This document shows positions 46,762 through 58,718 of a stretch of 64,000 nucleotides of DNA, piece after piece (within the stretch, counting starts at the first letter, position 1; each line of letters opens with the position of its first letter). The stretch comes from Scenedesmus sp. PABB004 (taxonomy: Eukaryota): the NCBI GenBank assembly GCA_014905635.1, contig JABVCE010000016.1:186001-250000 (forward strand). Reading direction: 5' to 3'. Position numbers and translations under genes: made by a program. The notes below the pieces were generated by a model. It worked only from the letters and a program-made list of their open reading frames with translations. It was not told where the DNA came from and did not search any database.

Positions 46762-49092
46762 ATGCTCGCGCGGCGCGGCTGCTGCCGCTGCTGGCGGCTC
46801 GCCGCGGCCGCCGCGGCCGGGGGCCCGCCGGCGCGCGCCCTGTGCAGCGGCGGGACCAGCGGCGCGCCGCTGCGCACTCACCGGCGGCAGCTGAGCAAGC
46901 TGGAGCGCGCGGCGGCGATTGGGCTGGCGGCGCTGCAGCAGCAGGAGGCCGCGGCGCGCGGCGCGGCGGCGCGCCCGGCGGCGGCCGGCGGCGGCGGCCC
47001 GGGCCCCGGCGGCGGCGGCTCCCCGTTGCCCGGCGGGCCACTGCCGGCGGTGTCCAGCCTGGAGCAGCTGCAGTTGCTCGCGCCGGCGAGGGCGCGCAAG
47101 CGCGTCGGTGCGCGCCCCGCCGCGCGCGGCGCAGCGGGCGGCCGCGTGCCGCGGCGCGGCGCGGCTCTGCTCACGCGGCAGCGCCCCGCGCCCGCGCAGG
47201 CGCGCTGCAGCGCCTGCCCGTCATCCCGCCCGCCGACGAGCTCGCCGCGTCGGCGCTCAAGCGCGCGCTGCGCGTGCAGCCGGCGGCGGGCGTCAAGAAC
47301 GAGGCCGAGCGCGAGCGCAGCCGCGCGGCAAAGCAGCTCGACACGCACATGAAGGTGGGCCCACGCGCGCGCGGCGCGCCGGAGCCTTTGGGGCGGCGCG
47401 GCAGCGCGGGGGCTCACCCGGCTGCCGCGCGCGCGCGCGGCCGGCGCGCGCAGGAGCTGTCGGTGCCGCTCGGCCGCTTCGTGCGGTCGTTCCCGTCGGC
47501 GGCGGGGCTGCACCCGTTTGAGGCCGCGCTGCTCGACCTCACCGTCGGCGCCGCGACGTACGCGAGCGTGTTGGCCAAGGTCGACGCGCTGCGCAAGGCG
47601 CTGCAGGAGGTGCGGCGCTGTCAGGGCTGCGTGGGACGCGCCAGCCGCGCGGGCGCGCCTGCGCCGGGGCGGCAGCGGCGGGGGCAGCCGCCCCGGCACG
47701 CTGGCAGGGGCGCCGAGTGCTGAGCGGCGCCCGCCCGCGCGTGCGCACGCGCAGACCGGCAAGGGCTACGCCAACCGCGCCGCCAACGCGGCGAACAAGC
47801 GCGCCGCCGCGGCGCTCGCGGAGGAGGGCAGCGCCGCGCTCGGCGCGCTGTTTGACCGCGGCGCCAAGGCGATGGAGGACCTCAAGCGGGTGGGCGCGCC
47901 TGCTCCACGGCCCCGCGGCCGCGCGGCGGCGAGGGACGCGCGGCGCGGCGCGGCGCGCTGACCCGCCGGCGGCGCCGCTGCGCGGCAGGTGTCGCGCGCG
48001 CTGCGTGGGCTGCCCTACGTCGACCCCTCGCTGCCGACGCTCGCGCTCGTGGGCGCGCCCAACGTGGGCAAGTCCAGCCTCGTGCGCGCGCTCAGCAGCG
48101 GCGTGCCCGAGGTGCGCGGAGCGCCCGCGCAGCGCCTGGCCACGACGCCGCGCCGGTCAAACGACCAGGTGTGCGCGCGTCATCTAACAGTGTCATTTTT
48201 GACTCAAAACCGCCCCGCGCCCCGGCCAGGTGTGCAACTACCCCTTCACCACGCGGAGCATCAAGATGGGTCACTTCTACGTCGACGCCGCGCGCCACCA
48301 GGCGCGCCCGCGGCGCGGCGGCGCAGCCGCAGGACACGCCGCCGCGGCGCGCCGCGGCCGGCGCCCACGTGCGCGCGCGCGCGCGCCTGTCCGCGCGCAG
48401 GTCACCGACACGCCCGGCCTGCTGCGCCGGGAGGACGAGCACCGCAACGCGATGGAGCTGCTCACGCTCGCGGCGCTGCAGCACCTGCCCAGCAGCGTGA
48501 TGTTTGTGGCAGACCTGACCGAGGACTGCGGCACGAGCGTGGCCGACCAGTGGGCGATTCGCGCCGAGCTGCGCCGCCGCTTCCCGGCCAAGCCCTGGGT
48601 GCGCCGGGGCGGCGGGGGTTGGGACCGCACGCGAACATATGGGAGGGAGAAGCAGCCAGCCGCGGCCGGGCGCCCGCTGCCGCACTGCCTCATGCCTGGC
48701 GACCGCGGCCGCTGTGTGCACAGGTGGACGTGCTGTCCAAGGCAGACATGCTGGGCGCCGTGTGGGCGGCGGCGGACGGCCTGCAGGCGCAGGCCGCGGC
48801 CAGCGGGAGCAGCAGCAGCAACGGCGGCGGCGGCAGCAGCGGCGGCAGCAGCCAACCAGGCAGCGAAGCGAGCAGCGTGCTGGCCGCGCCGCCAGAGGTG
48901 CAGGACGCCGTGGAGTATGCGACGGCGCTGCCGGGCGCGGTGCGCGTGTCGACGCTGGACGAGGCGGGCCTGCCGGACCTGCAGCGCGCGCTCGTGGCGA
49001 TGCTCGCGTCGCCAGAGGCGGCGGCCAAGGCGGCGGCGGGCGCGGCGCTGCTCGGCGGCGCTGGCACTGACGGCGCGGCGGCGCCGGCGTGA
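46762..49092 (+). CDS. NOG1-like Obg-family GTPase, likely organellar; multi-exon
   Basis: LHPFE helical domain, G1 GAPNVGKSS, G2 NYPFTT, G3 DTPGLL, RNAMELL, G4 SKAD. Confidence 0.88.
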
Positions 49093-49341
49093 TCGCAGCA
49101 ACTCTCGCTCGCACCGAGCCGCGTTCAGGGGGCCGCATGCGCGGTCGACAGCTCCCTGCAGCTTCTGCAGCTGCGCGGCCAAACTCCCCGCCGCACGCCG
49201 CGGCCGTGACGGCCTCGCTCAGCACGCTCCTGCACAACTGCTCCTGCGCACGCACATACGCCACGGCTCCACCACTCGGCCACGACGACGACGCTCAGCT
49301 CAGCTCGCCTCCAGCTCGGCTCCAGCTCGGCCCAGCTGCGC

Positions 49342-51170
49342 TCAGATCTGGCCGCCCGTGCCCTCGACGTACTTCACGCCCTCAGTGCCCAGCCCCGCGA
49401 CCAGCAGCGCCACCGCCAGCACCTCCACGACGCTGCCGCCCAGCAGCGGCGGCAGGCCGTGGCCTGCGGGGCGCCGAGAGCGCGCGCGCGGCGCGCGGGG
49501 GCGGGGCGTCGACGGCGCGCGTGCGTGCGCCCCCGCCGCCTGCGCCCGCCCCGCCCCCGGCGCGCCGGCACGCACCCGTGGCGGCGTGCACCGCCGCCGC
49601 GGCCGTGACGACGGGCGCGGCAAAGAGGGCGGCCTTGCGGTTGACGACGTACCAGCACCCCTTGACGTCCCCGGCCGCCAGGTTGGCCATAAAGCTCTCC
49701 CAGTTGTTCGTGGGCACGCGCGCGGCGGGCTTGAGCAGCCGCGCGACGACCTGCCCGGCGGGGCGCGGCGCGGGGCGGGGCGCGCGGGCGCGCGCGCGCG
49801 CGCGTCGGCGGGGCCGGCTGGGCGCGCGCGTTGAGGGCCGCACACGCGGTGGCGCAGGCGGCGGGAGGCCAGCCGGCGCACCTCGCCCGGCTCGCTCGCC
49901 CAGCGCTCGATGTGCTCCACTACGACGCCCCGCGCCCCATCGATGACGTGCGTGGTGGAGCCTGGCGGCAGGCGCGGACCGAGACGCGGCGGCGCGCCGC
50001 GCTGAGCGCTGCCAGCCGCCCGCCGCCGGCCTCCGCCGCGGCGCGGGCGCGGCGCCCCGCGCGCGCGCGCGCGCGCGAGCACCGCCGCGCACCCGCCGCC
50101 GCGAGGCGCGGCCGCCAGGGCAGCGCCAGGATCGCGCTGAAGCGCCAGTGCGCCTCCAGCGTGTTGCCCGCGACCTCCCACCGCGTGATCTGCAGGTCGA
50201 CGTCGGAGCTGCGTGCAGGCCGCAGCGCCGGGCGCGGCCGGGTCGGGGCGGGTCGGGGCCCGCGCGGCCCGGCGCGGGCACGTGGCCGCTCCCCACCCCG
50301 CCGCGCTGCGCAGCGCAGCGCGCACATGAGGGCGCCGAGGTTGGAGACGTTCTTTTTGAACCGCTCCGTGCCGCGGAACGACACCTGCGCACACGCGGCG
50401 CGGCGCGGCGCGCGCGCGTCCGTGCGGCGTGCGCAGGCGGCGCGGCGCGGGCGCGCGCGGCCCCTCGAGAAGCGCGCCGGCGCGCGGCGACGGCTCACGA
50501 AGGGGTCTGCGAAGAGGCAGTCCGGGTCATACTGCGGGGGCGCGGGGGTGAGGCCCAGGGCGCGCGGGAGGGGCGCGCGGCGCGGCAGGCGGTGCGGCGC
50601 TCGCGCGGGGCTCACCGCGGTCATGTCTCCCTTGCCGCTAATGAAGTAGTCAGCCGCATAGTCGGCGCGGATGGCCTCCAGCACGCCTGCGAGCGCCGCG
50701 TCGCCGGCGCCGGGCGCCGCGGCGCCGCCGCCCGCCGGCAGCGACGACGCGGGCGCCGCGGGCTGCTGCTCCTCCGGCTGCTGCTTCTTGCCGCGCGCCA
50801 TCAGGTCGCCGAGCGCCTCGGCCGCGAACCAGGTGGCCTTGAGTCCCACGCCTGAGCGCGCGGCGGCGCGGGGCGGGGTGGCGCGCCGCGCTGCGCACAC
50901 GCCGCCGCTCGCCGGCCGGCCGCCGGCGGCGCTTGCCGTCCGCATGCGCGCACCCAATTCCTTCTTGCGCACGGCGCGGTTGTCGCCGGCGAGCGGCGCC
51001 TCCGGCGGCGGCGCGCCCTGCTGCTGCTGCTGCTGCTGCTGTTGCTGCTCGCCATCCCGCTTCGCTGCCCGCAGCCGCGGCGTCGCCCGAGCGCGTGGCC
51101 GTGTCGCGCCTGCGGTCGCGCGCCTGGCCAGCGGGCCGCGCGATTGGAGGCCCTGCCGCGCCAGCGCCAT
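49342..51170 (-). CDS. DUF2358/SnoaL-like plastid protein with C-terminal TM segments; multi-exon
   Basis: Transit peptide, DYFISG..YDPDCLFADPFVSFRG..FKKN, WRFSAILALPWRP, VVEHIERW. Confidence 0.82.
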
Positions 51171-51476
51171 TTTCTGGGGCTGCTCTGTGGCCGAGCAGGG
51201 TCAGCGGGGTGCTTGACGGAGCCTGGAGAGCTGCAATTGCGCGTGGTGTGGCGGCCAGGGAGCCGAGCGACTCTCGCCGCCGGCGTCCCGAGAGCGCGCT
51301 TGCGCCGCCGCGTTTTCGCCGAACCCCAGCGCGCCGCAGTTCGCCGAGCACGCTCTCGCCCGCGGCCACCGACGACAGACGCGCCCGTCGGGACGCGCAG
51401 CGCTGCCGTTGCGCGACGCGCGCGCGCCAACCGCCGCTGCAACCGCTGCCTGCGCCCCCACTCGCCGCCCCGCGCG

Positions 51477-54400
51477 ATGCAGCGGCTCGCGGCCGGCGAC
51501 CGCGTCGCCGCCGGCGCGGCGTTTGACGAGTTTGCCGCCCTCGCCGTCGGCGTCGCGGCGGCGGTGTGGGCGGCGGCGCAGCTGCCCGCGGTCGCGCTCC
51601 CCGAGCGGCGCTGCTCCTGCTCGCTGGCGCGGCCGCGGGCGCCGCCGCGCTGCTGTGCGCGGCGGCGGTGCTGCTGTGGGCCCTGACGCGGCCGGCCGCC
51701 GGCTGGCCGCCGCGGCGTGGCGCCCACCCCGGCGCAGCGGCGGCCGCCGGCGCGCACGCGGCCGCGCACGCGGCCGCGCACGCGGCCGCGCCGCCGGCCG
51801 GCGGCCGCTGGCCCGCGCTGGCGCGGCGCGGGCGCTTCCGCGGCGTCCTGACGGTGCTCCCTGCGTCGGCGTGGGACGGCGCGGCGCTCGCCGACGCGCC
51901 GCCGCCCGCGGCCGCGCGCTGGCTCGCGTCCTGCGAGCGCGGCGCGCTGGAGCTGGTCGCGGCGCCGGACGGCGGCGCCCCGCAGGCGGCAGCGCTGCGC
52001 GTCGCGCTGGCGGGCTGCGACGTGTCGGTCGCGGCGGGCTGCCTCGGCGGCAAGGGGCCGTTCTGGCCCAAGGCGCCGCTGCTGCTCAGCCACGCCACGC
52101 GCGAGCTCCTCGGCGGCGAGCGTTCGCTCGTGCTGTTTGCGGAGCACGCGGCCGCCAAGGCGCAGTGGCTCGCAGCGCTGCGCTGGGCCGCCGGCGGCGT
52201 TGCGGGCGCGGCGCTGCGCCGGCAGCACCGCGCGTTTGCGGCGCTCTGCCGCCAGGCGCGCGGCGACCTGGCGGCGCACCTCGCGGGCGGCGGCGGCGGT
52301 GCGGCGCCGGCGCCGGGCGCGGTGCCGCCGCAGGACGTGGAGGGACTGTGGCGCGCGCTGCGCGCGGACGGCAGCAGCGACTGCGTGGTCGTCGCGCAGC
52401 GCGCGGGCGGCGGCGGGGCCGGCGGCGCGGCTGCCAAGCCGCCGCCGCAGCCGCAGCAGCAACAGGAGCCGCGGGCGGGGCGCGCAGCGGCCCGGCGCTC
52501 GGCGGGCGGCGCGCCGGGTCCGGGGCCGGGGCCGCGGGGCGGCGCCGCGGGCCACGCCGCGCTGCTGGGCGTCAACGCGCTGCTCGCACGCGCCGCCCAC
52601 GAGCTGCTGCAGAGCGACGCGCTGCAGGCGCGCCTCGCGGCACTGCTGCAGCGGGCGCTCGACGGCGTGCGCCGGCCGGCGTACTTGCAGCGGTGAGCCC
52701 TCGCGCGCAAGCCCCGCGCGCGCAGCCGATTGATCCGCCTTTGCGCGCCTCGCGCGGCCGCCGCCCCATGCCGCCGCCGCCCGTGCTGCCCCGCGCGCGC
52801 GGCCGCAGGATGCAGCTCGCGCGCCTGGAGCTCGGCGCGGCAGTGCCGGTCGTCACCGGCCTGTCAGCCGCAGCCTGCCCCGGCACCGCGTCGGGCGTGC
52901 TCACGCCGCTGCTGGAGGTGTCGCTGTCCTTCCAGGCGCGCCGCGCCGCGCCCCGCGCACGGCGGGCCGCGCGCGCGCGGCAGTGCACGGCGCTCAGCGG
53001 GCGACTGGCGCGCCCGCCGCCGCGCAGGGCTGCGCCAGGCTCTGCATCGACACGGCCGTCGACCTGCAACGCGCGGGGCCCCCGCAGCCCGCGCCGGCGG
53101 CGCCGCGCCACGCGGCGCCGCAGGACAGCGACGAGCAGGCGGACGCCATGCACGAGGCCGTGGCCAGCACGCTGCGCTGGGAGCAGGGCCTCGCCCCGCA
53201 CGCCCCTGCGGTGGGCGGCAGCGGCGGCAAGCTCCTGAGCGTGCTGCGCCTGCGCCGGGCGGCAGAGGCGGCCCTGATGAGCGCGCCCGCGGCGCTGCGC
53301 GTAGTTCCCGTGCAGGTGCGGCGGGGCCCGGGGGAGGGGGCGCTGCGCGGCACGCAACGGCCCAGCGCCAGCGCCGCCGGCGCATGCCGCGCGCCCGCAG
53401 CTGGAGCTCGAGCTGTCTCGGCTGGAGGGGCGCCTCCTGTGCTGGATGGCGCCGCCGCCGTGCGACCGGCTGTGGATGACGTTTGCAGAGGCTCCCGTAA
53501 TCGAGCTGGCGGTGCGGTCGCCCGTGGTCGCCGGCCGGCAGCTGCGCTGGCCGGTGCTCGCCAGCCGCGTCTGCGGCTGGCTGCAGGGCCGCGTGCTGCG
53601 TGCCGTGAGCGCTGGCTGCGTGTTCCCCGCCGCCGCGGACGTGCCGCTGCCGCTCTTGATGAGCGCGCTGGCGCCATGCGCTGCCGGCGGCGCTGGCGCG
53701 GCTGCGGCCGCCGCGGCCGGTAGCAGCTGGCAGCGGGCTGCCGCGGGGACGACCCCGAGGCCAGCAGCAGCGGCACCAGCAGCGAGCTGGAGAGCGGGCC
53801 CGAGGCTTGGGAGGAGGAGCCGGCGCAGGCCTGGGCCGCCGCGGCTTGGGACGAAGCGCCGCTCCGACTGGGCAGCATGCCTGCTCTTGGCGCAAGCCCC
53901 GAGCCGCACGGCGGCTTGCAGCAGCGGCTGCAGCACCTGGGCGCGGCGCCGGGCCCGCGCGCGCGGTCGCTGCCGCCAGGCCCGCCCGCCTGGGGCGGCG
54001 CGGCGGCGCTGCGCCGCGGCGCCGAGGCGGCAGGCACGTCGGAGGGCACGAGCGCCGGCAGCGGGCCGTCGTCGCTCGCGTCTGCGTCGCCCCACTCGCC
54101 GGGCGCCGCGGGTGCCGCGCAGCAGGCCGGCGGCCCGCGGCCGGGGCCCGGCGCGCAGCAGCAGCCGGTCAGCGGCAGCGAGCGCTCGCTGTCGGAGCTG
54201 CTGAACACCAAGCTGTTCAGGCGGCGCCGCAACAAGACCCGGAAGCGCCTGCTGCAGGCGCGGCGGGGGACGCGCGCGGCACACGGCTGCCGCGCAGGCG
54301 CCGGCCCGCCCACGGCTGCCGCCCCGCCCTCCGCGCCGCGCCGCCAGGCCTTCACGGACGCGCGCGCCCACAGCGCCGACGAGGCTGACTTGCGGGAGGG

Positions 54401-55530
54401 CGGCGCAGCGGCGGCCGCGCGGCGCGGCGGCGGCGCGTGCCGCTCGCCCGGCCGCCTCGCCAGCAGCCCGGGGCTGCACCGCCCCGGCGGGCGGTCGCGC
54501 AACGGCCTGGCGCTGGGGGAGCTGGGCGGCGGTGCGGCCTCCGACTCCGACGCGTCCGCGGCGGAGGGCCGCGGCAGCTGGTGCTTGCAGGGCTCGCCGC
54601 GGCTGGCCGTGCAGCCCAGCTGCTCGTCCATGCCCAGCCTGGTGCACCTGCGGTGAGTGGGCGGCTGCTCTCGAGCCGGTGCCACAGCCCTGCCCGGCGC
54701 CCCGCCGTCGCAGCCCCGCCCCACCCGGGCGCGCCGCCGCCGCCGCCGCGCCGTGCAGGCCCGCTGTGGAGGGCTCGCACGGACCGTGGGGCGCGTCCGA
54801 CTCGGACGCCTCGGCCTCGGCGGTGCCGAGCCCGACGTCGCGGCTCTCCGCCGTGAGCAGCAGCTTCAGCAGCCTCAGCGCGGCGCCCGGCGCTGGCGGT
54901 CAGTGGCGCGCCTTCACGGACCGTGTGGGCGAGCGGCTGGGAGGCATGGTGCAGAGCGCCGGCGGCGGCGCCCGCGCGCGGCACAGCGCGAGCCCCGACG
55001 GGGGCAGCCAGGGCGCGCAGCGCGCCGCGCCCGGCGTGGCGCCCAGCGGAGGCTCCGCGAGCAGCAGCAGCGGCAGCAGCGGCGCGCCGCGCCGCGCGGC
55101 GCCGGGCCGCCTCGCGCTCCACCTGCCGGCGCCGCTGGAGCTGCCCGTGCTGTCGCCGGGCGTGGCCGCGGCGGGCCAGCCGTCGCTGCGCGCATGGGGC
55201 GCGCACGAGCTGGCGGCGCGCGGCAGCGCCAGCAGCAGCGCCGCCGACGCCGACTCGGCCCTGGGCGCCCCGGCGGCGGCCGCCGAGCTGGGGCAGGGGC
55301 CGGCGGCGAGCAGCGGCGGTGGCGCCAAGCGCGCAAAGCAGCACCGACGGGGGCTCAGCTGGGCCGAGGTCGGCAGCTGGGCGTCGGACGTCGCTCTGAG
55401 CCTGACCGGCAGGGAGGGCAGCCCGGCGGGCGGCGGCAGGGCGGGCCGGCAGGGCGCGCGCGAGAGCGGCGGCGACGGGGCGCGCGCGAGCGCCGCGGGC
55501 CACGCGCGGTCGCGCTCGCTCTTTGGCTGA
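51477..55530 (+). CDS. TEX2/Nvj2-like TM-PH-SMP lipid-transfer protein, with two apparent frameshifts
   Basis: N-terminal TM, PH-like LAGCDV..LVLFAEHAAAKAQWLAAL, SMP VNALLAR..RPAYLQRMQLARLELG..LEGRLLCWMAPPPCDRLWMTFAEAP, long disordered tail. Confidence 0.72.
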
Positions 55531-55632
55531 CGCGGCGGGCCGCCGCGTGAAACTGCCGCACGCGTGCCCGCCGCGCGCGCGCGCCGGCCGAGCTCGAGCG
55601 GGCGCCGTGCCACCCACACACGCACGCACCGC

Positions 55633-57319
55633 TTACACCGCCGCCGCCGCCGCCGCCGCACCGGCGGGCGCGCCCTCGGTGTGCTGCCGCGCGGGCGCGT
55701 ACCACGTGTCGGCCCCCGCGCGCGTGATGAGCCGCGCGGGCGAGACGAACATGTCGGAGTACTCCCCCTCGGCGAGCCAGCCCGGCGGCGCGTCGTCGCC
55801 GACGCACACGATGGTGCTGCCGCTGCCCGTCATAAACACCGAGTCGAACCGCCCGCCGACCTCCTCCGCGAGGCGGGCCTTGAGCGCGGCGAGCGCCGGC
55901 AGCGAGTCAAACGCGGGCTGCTCGAGGTCGTTGACCACGAGCGCCGGGTCGGCGCGCCCCGCCGCGGCCATGCCCGCGAGCAGCGCGCGCGGGTCGGCGT
56001 CGCTGCGGCGGCCGAGGTCGAGCGCCTTGAAGATCGCGGGCGTGCTCAGCCCCACGGGCGGCTTGACGAGCAGCAGGCGCGTGTCGAGCGGCAGCGGCGG
56101 CGCCACGTCCTCCACGACCTCGCCCCGCCCCGTGCAGTACGCGGCGCCGGTCGAAAAGAACACGCTGATGTCGCTCCCAATCGCGCCCGACCACTCGAGC
56201 AGCTCGGCGTTGCTCGCGGGGCGCCCCGTGAGCGCGTTGGCCGCGTACAGCGTCGTCGCCGCGTTGCCGCTGCCGCCGCCAAGGCCCGCGCCTGCGACGC
56301 GCGGGCGTGCGCGACGAGCGGCGGGTGGGCGCGCGCGGGCACGGCCGCGGCCGCACGCACGCGCCCGCGCCTGCGCGCGCTGGGCCCGCGGGGACGGCCA
56401 AGGCGGCGGCTGCGGCGCGCACCGTGCGGCACGCGCTTGTCGAGTGTGACCTCGAAGCACTCGGCGCGGCCCGTCTTGGCGCGGAAGAGCTTCAGCGCCT
56501 GTGCCCCCCGCGGCGGCGGCGGCGGCGGCGGCGCGCGCGTCGGCCGCTGCGCGCGCCGGGCGCGCCTCGGTCCTGCGGGCCAGCTTGGCGACCGACCGCA
56601 ACCACAAGGATCATTGAAAGCAAACAAACAAACAGCACATAGACGCTCGATCGATTGCGCGGCGCGCACCTTAATGACCAGGTTGCTGTCGTCGTGCGGG
56701 ATGGTCGGGTCGCTGCACACGAGCACGTCCGCCGCCGCGCCCGGCGGCAGCACCCGGAACGTCATGTTGTCGCCGAGGTCGATGACCTGAGGGGGAGGGC
56801 GGCCGGCCGCAGCGGCGACCGCGGCATGTCGGCGACGGGCGCCGCGGCGGCGGCGGCGGCGGTGGGGGCGGGCCGGCGCCAGCCCATGATGTGCGGCCGC
56901 GGGCGCGGGCGCGGGCACAGGCGCGGCCGCGGCGCACGTGGAAGAGGGAGGCGAGGTCGTGGTAGCCGTCGTCGCGGCGGCGCACGACGCGCAGGAAGAG
57001 GTTGAGCTGCGCGTTGCACCGCAGGAGGGGCCCCCGTCGCGCGGTGAGCAGCGGCGTGGCGCTGGCGCTGCGTGCTGGCGCTGCGGCGCGCAATGGAGCG
57101 AGGGCCAGGGAGCAGCGCGGTGGGAGCGGCGTGCGCGCGCACCTTGCTGGGCGAGAAGAGCGCCAGGCTGCCGTCGGCGCCGGGCGCGTCGCCCGCCGCC
57201 GCCGCGGCGCGCGGCCGCCACCGGGGCTGGGGGCGCGCGTGTCCCGCCACGCGCGTGGGCACGGCGGGCCGGGCGGCGCCGCAGGGCGCGAACGCCCGCG
57301 CCCGGGCGCCCAGGAGCAT
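55633..57319 (-). CDS. ispE: 4-diphosphocytidyl-2-C-methyl-D-erythritol kinase (MEP pathway), plastid; multi-exon
   Basis: FSPSKLNLFLRV..DGYHDLASLF, SNLVIKA, KRVPHGAGLGGGSGNAAT, IGSDI, GRGE, NDLE, MTGSGS. The TAA stop overlaps TGTAA (55633-55637). Confidence 0.95.
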
Positions 57320-57842
57320 GCTGCTCTTTGCCTGCTGCTGCTGCTGCTGGCCGGGCGGGCGCGCTCCGGATGGCCGCGGCCAGGCGCGTCACGTGTGGTG
57401 CGTTCGGTCAGCGGTGTGCGGGAGCCGCGGCACGAGCGGGCGGTGTAGGGGCAGCGCGGATTTCAGGGCCAAACACCGCGATGTGACAGGTGCTCGGCGA
57501 GAGCGCGCCCCCCCCCCTGGCCGACCGCACAGACTCCCAGCGACCGTCCCTCCACCCCTCAAGCCCGCATCTCACGCCACGCCGCTGCTGCGCGCAGCCA
57601 GCGTCTTTTTGCACCCCTCCCGGCCTGCGCACACGTCCCAGCGCCGCGCGGGCCCTCCCGGCATCGTCTGGAAACTGCCCTCCACCTCTCGCGCACGCGC
57701 AGCGCCCTGCTGGCCCTTCCACGCGCCGTCGTGCCCGCGGGCCCGCGCCTGCAGCGCCCGGGAGGCCCCCTGCCGCAGCCCCTCCGCACCACCACGCTGC
57801 CAGCACTCAAGGCGCGCCGCCCGGCCGCGGCCGCGGGCCGGC

Positions 57843-58684
57843 ATGGCGGACGAGGCGGGCCTGGAGAGGCTGGCCCCCCAGTGGCTCAAGCACGGCCTGG
57901 CGTCCCCCAACGGCGCCGGCAGTGGCGCGAGCGGTGAGCGGGGCAGCCGGGGGGTGGGCGCCCAGGCGGCGGCGGCGCGCGGCGGGCCCGCGGCGGCCGC
58001 CGGCGCGCGGGGTCGCGCCGCGCGCTGCTGTTCTGCTGCTGCTGCACCGCCGCCGCCGGCCGCCGGCCGGCTGTGCGTGCGTCCTGACGCTCCCCCCCGC
58101 GCCGTCCGCTGCGCAGGGGCCTCGCGGCTCGCGGACGCGGCGCGCAGCAGCGCCCGCGGCGGCGGCGGCAGCGGCGCCCGCACGCCCGTGCCGGATGAGC
58201 GCCCGGCGGGCGGCGCGTGGAGCCCGCGGGCGGGCGCCGGCGGCCGCGGCTTTGGCGGCCGCCCGAGCGGCAGCGGCAGCGGCGGCGGCGGCGCGGCGCG
58301 CGTGCTGCTCAAGGACCGCCACCACGCGCCGCTCAGCCCCACCGCCGCGGGCGGCGGCGCGCTGGCGCCGAGCTGGGTGCGCGGCGGCGCCGGCCCGCGC
58401 GCGCCCGAGCCGCCGCCGCCGTCGCGGTTTGTGAGCCTGCAGCGCACGGTCAGCGACGGCGCCGCCGACGACCGGCCGCAGCGCCGCGAGGGCAGCGGCG
58501 CCGGCGGCGCCGGCAGGGGGTCGACGCCGCTGAGCCCGTTGGACTTTCCCACGCTCAACGCGGCGGCCGCGGACGGCGCCTACACGCCCAGCCTGGCGCC
58601 CTATCGGCAGGGCTTCCTCGCCTCGCGCGCGTCGGCGGGCTGGACGTCCAAGCTCGCCGACGTGCCGACCGAGCCCGCCGCCGG

Positions 58685-58718
<34 letters not shown>

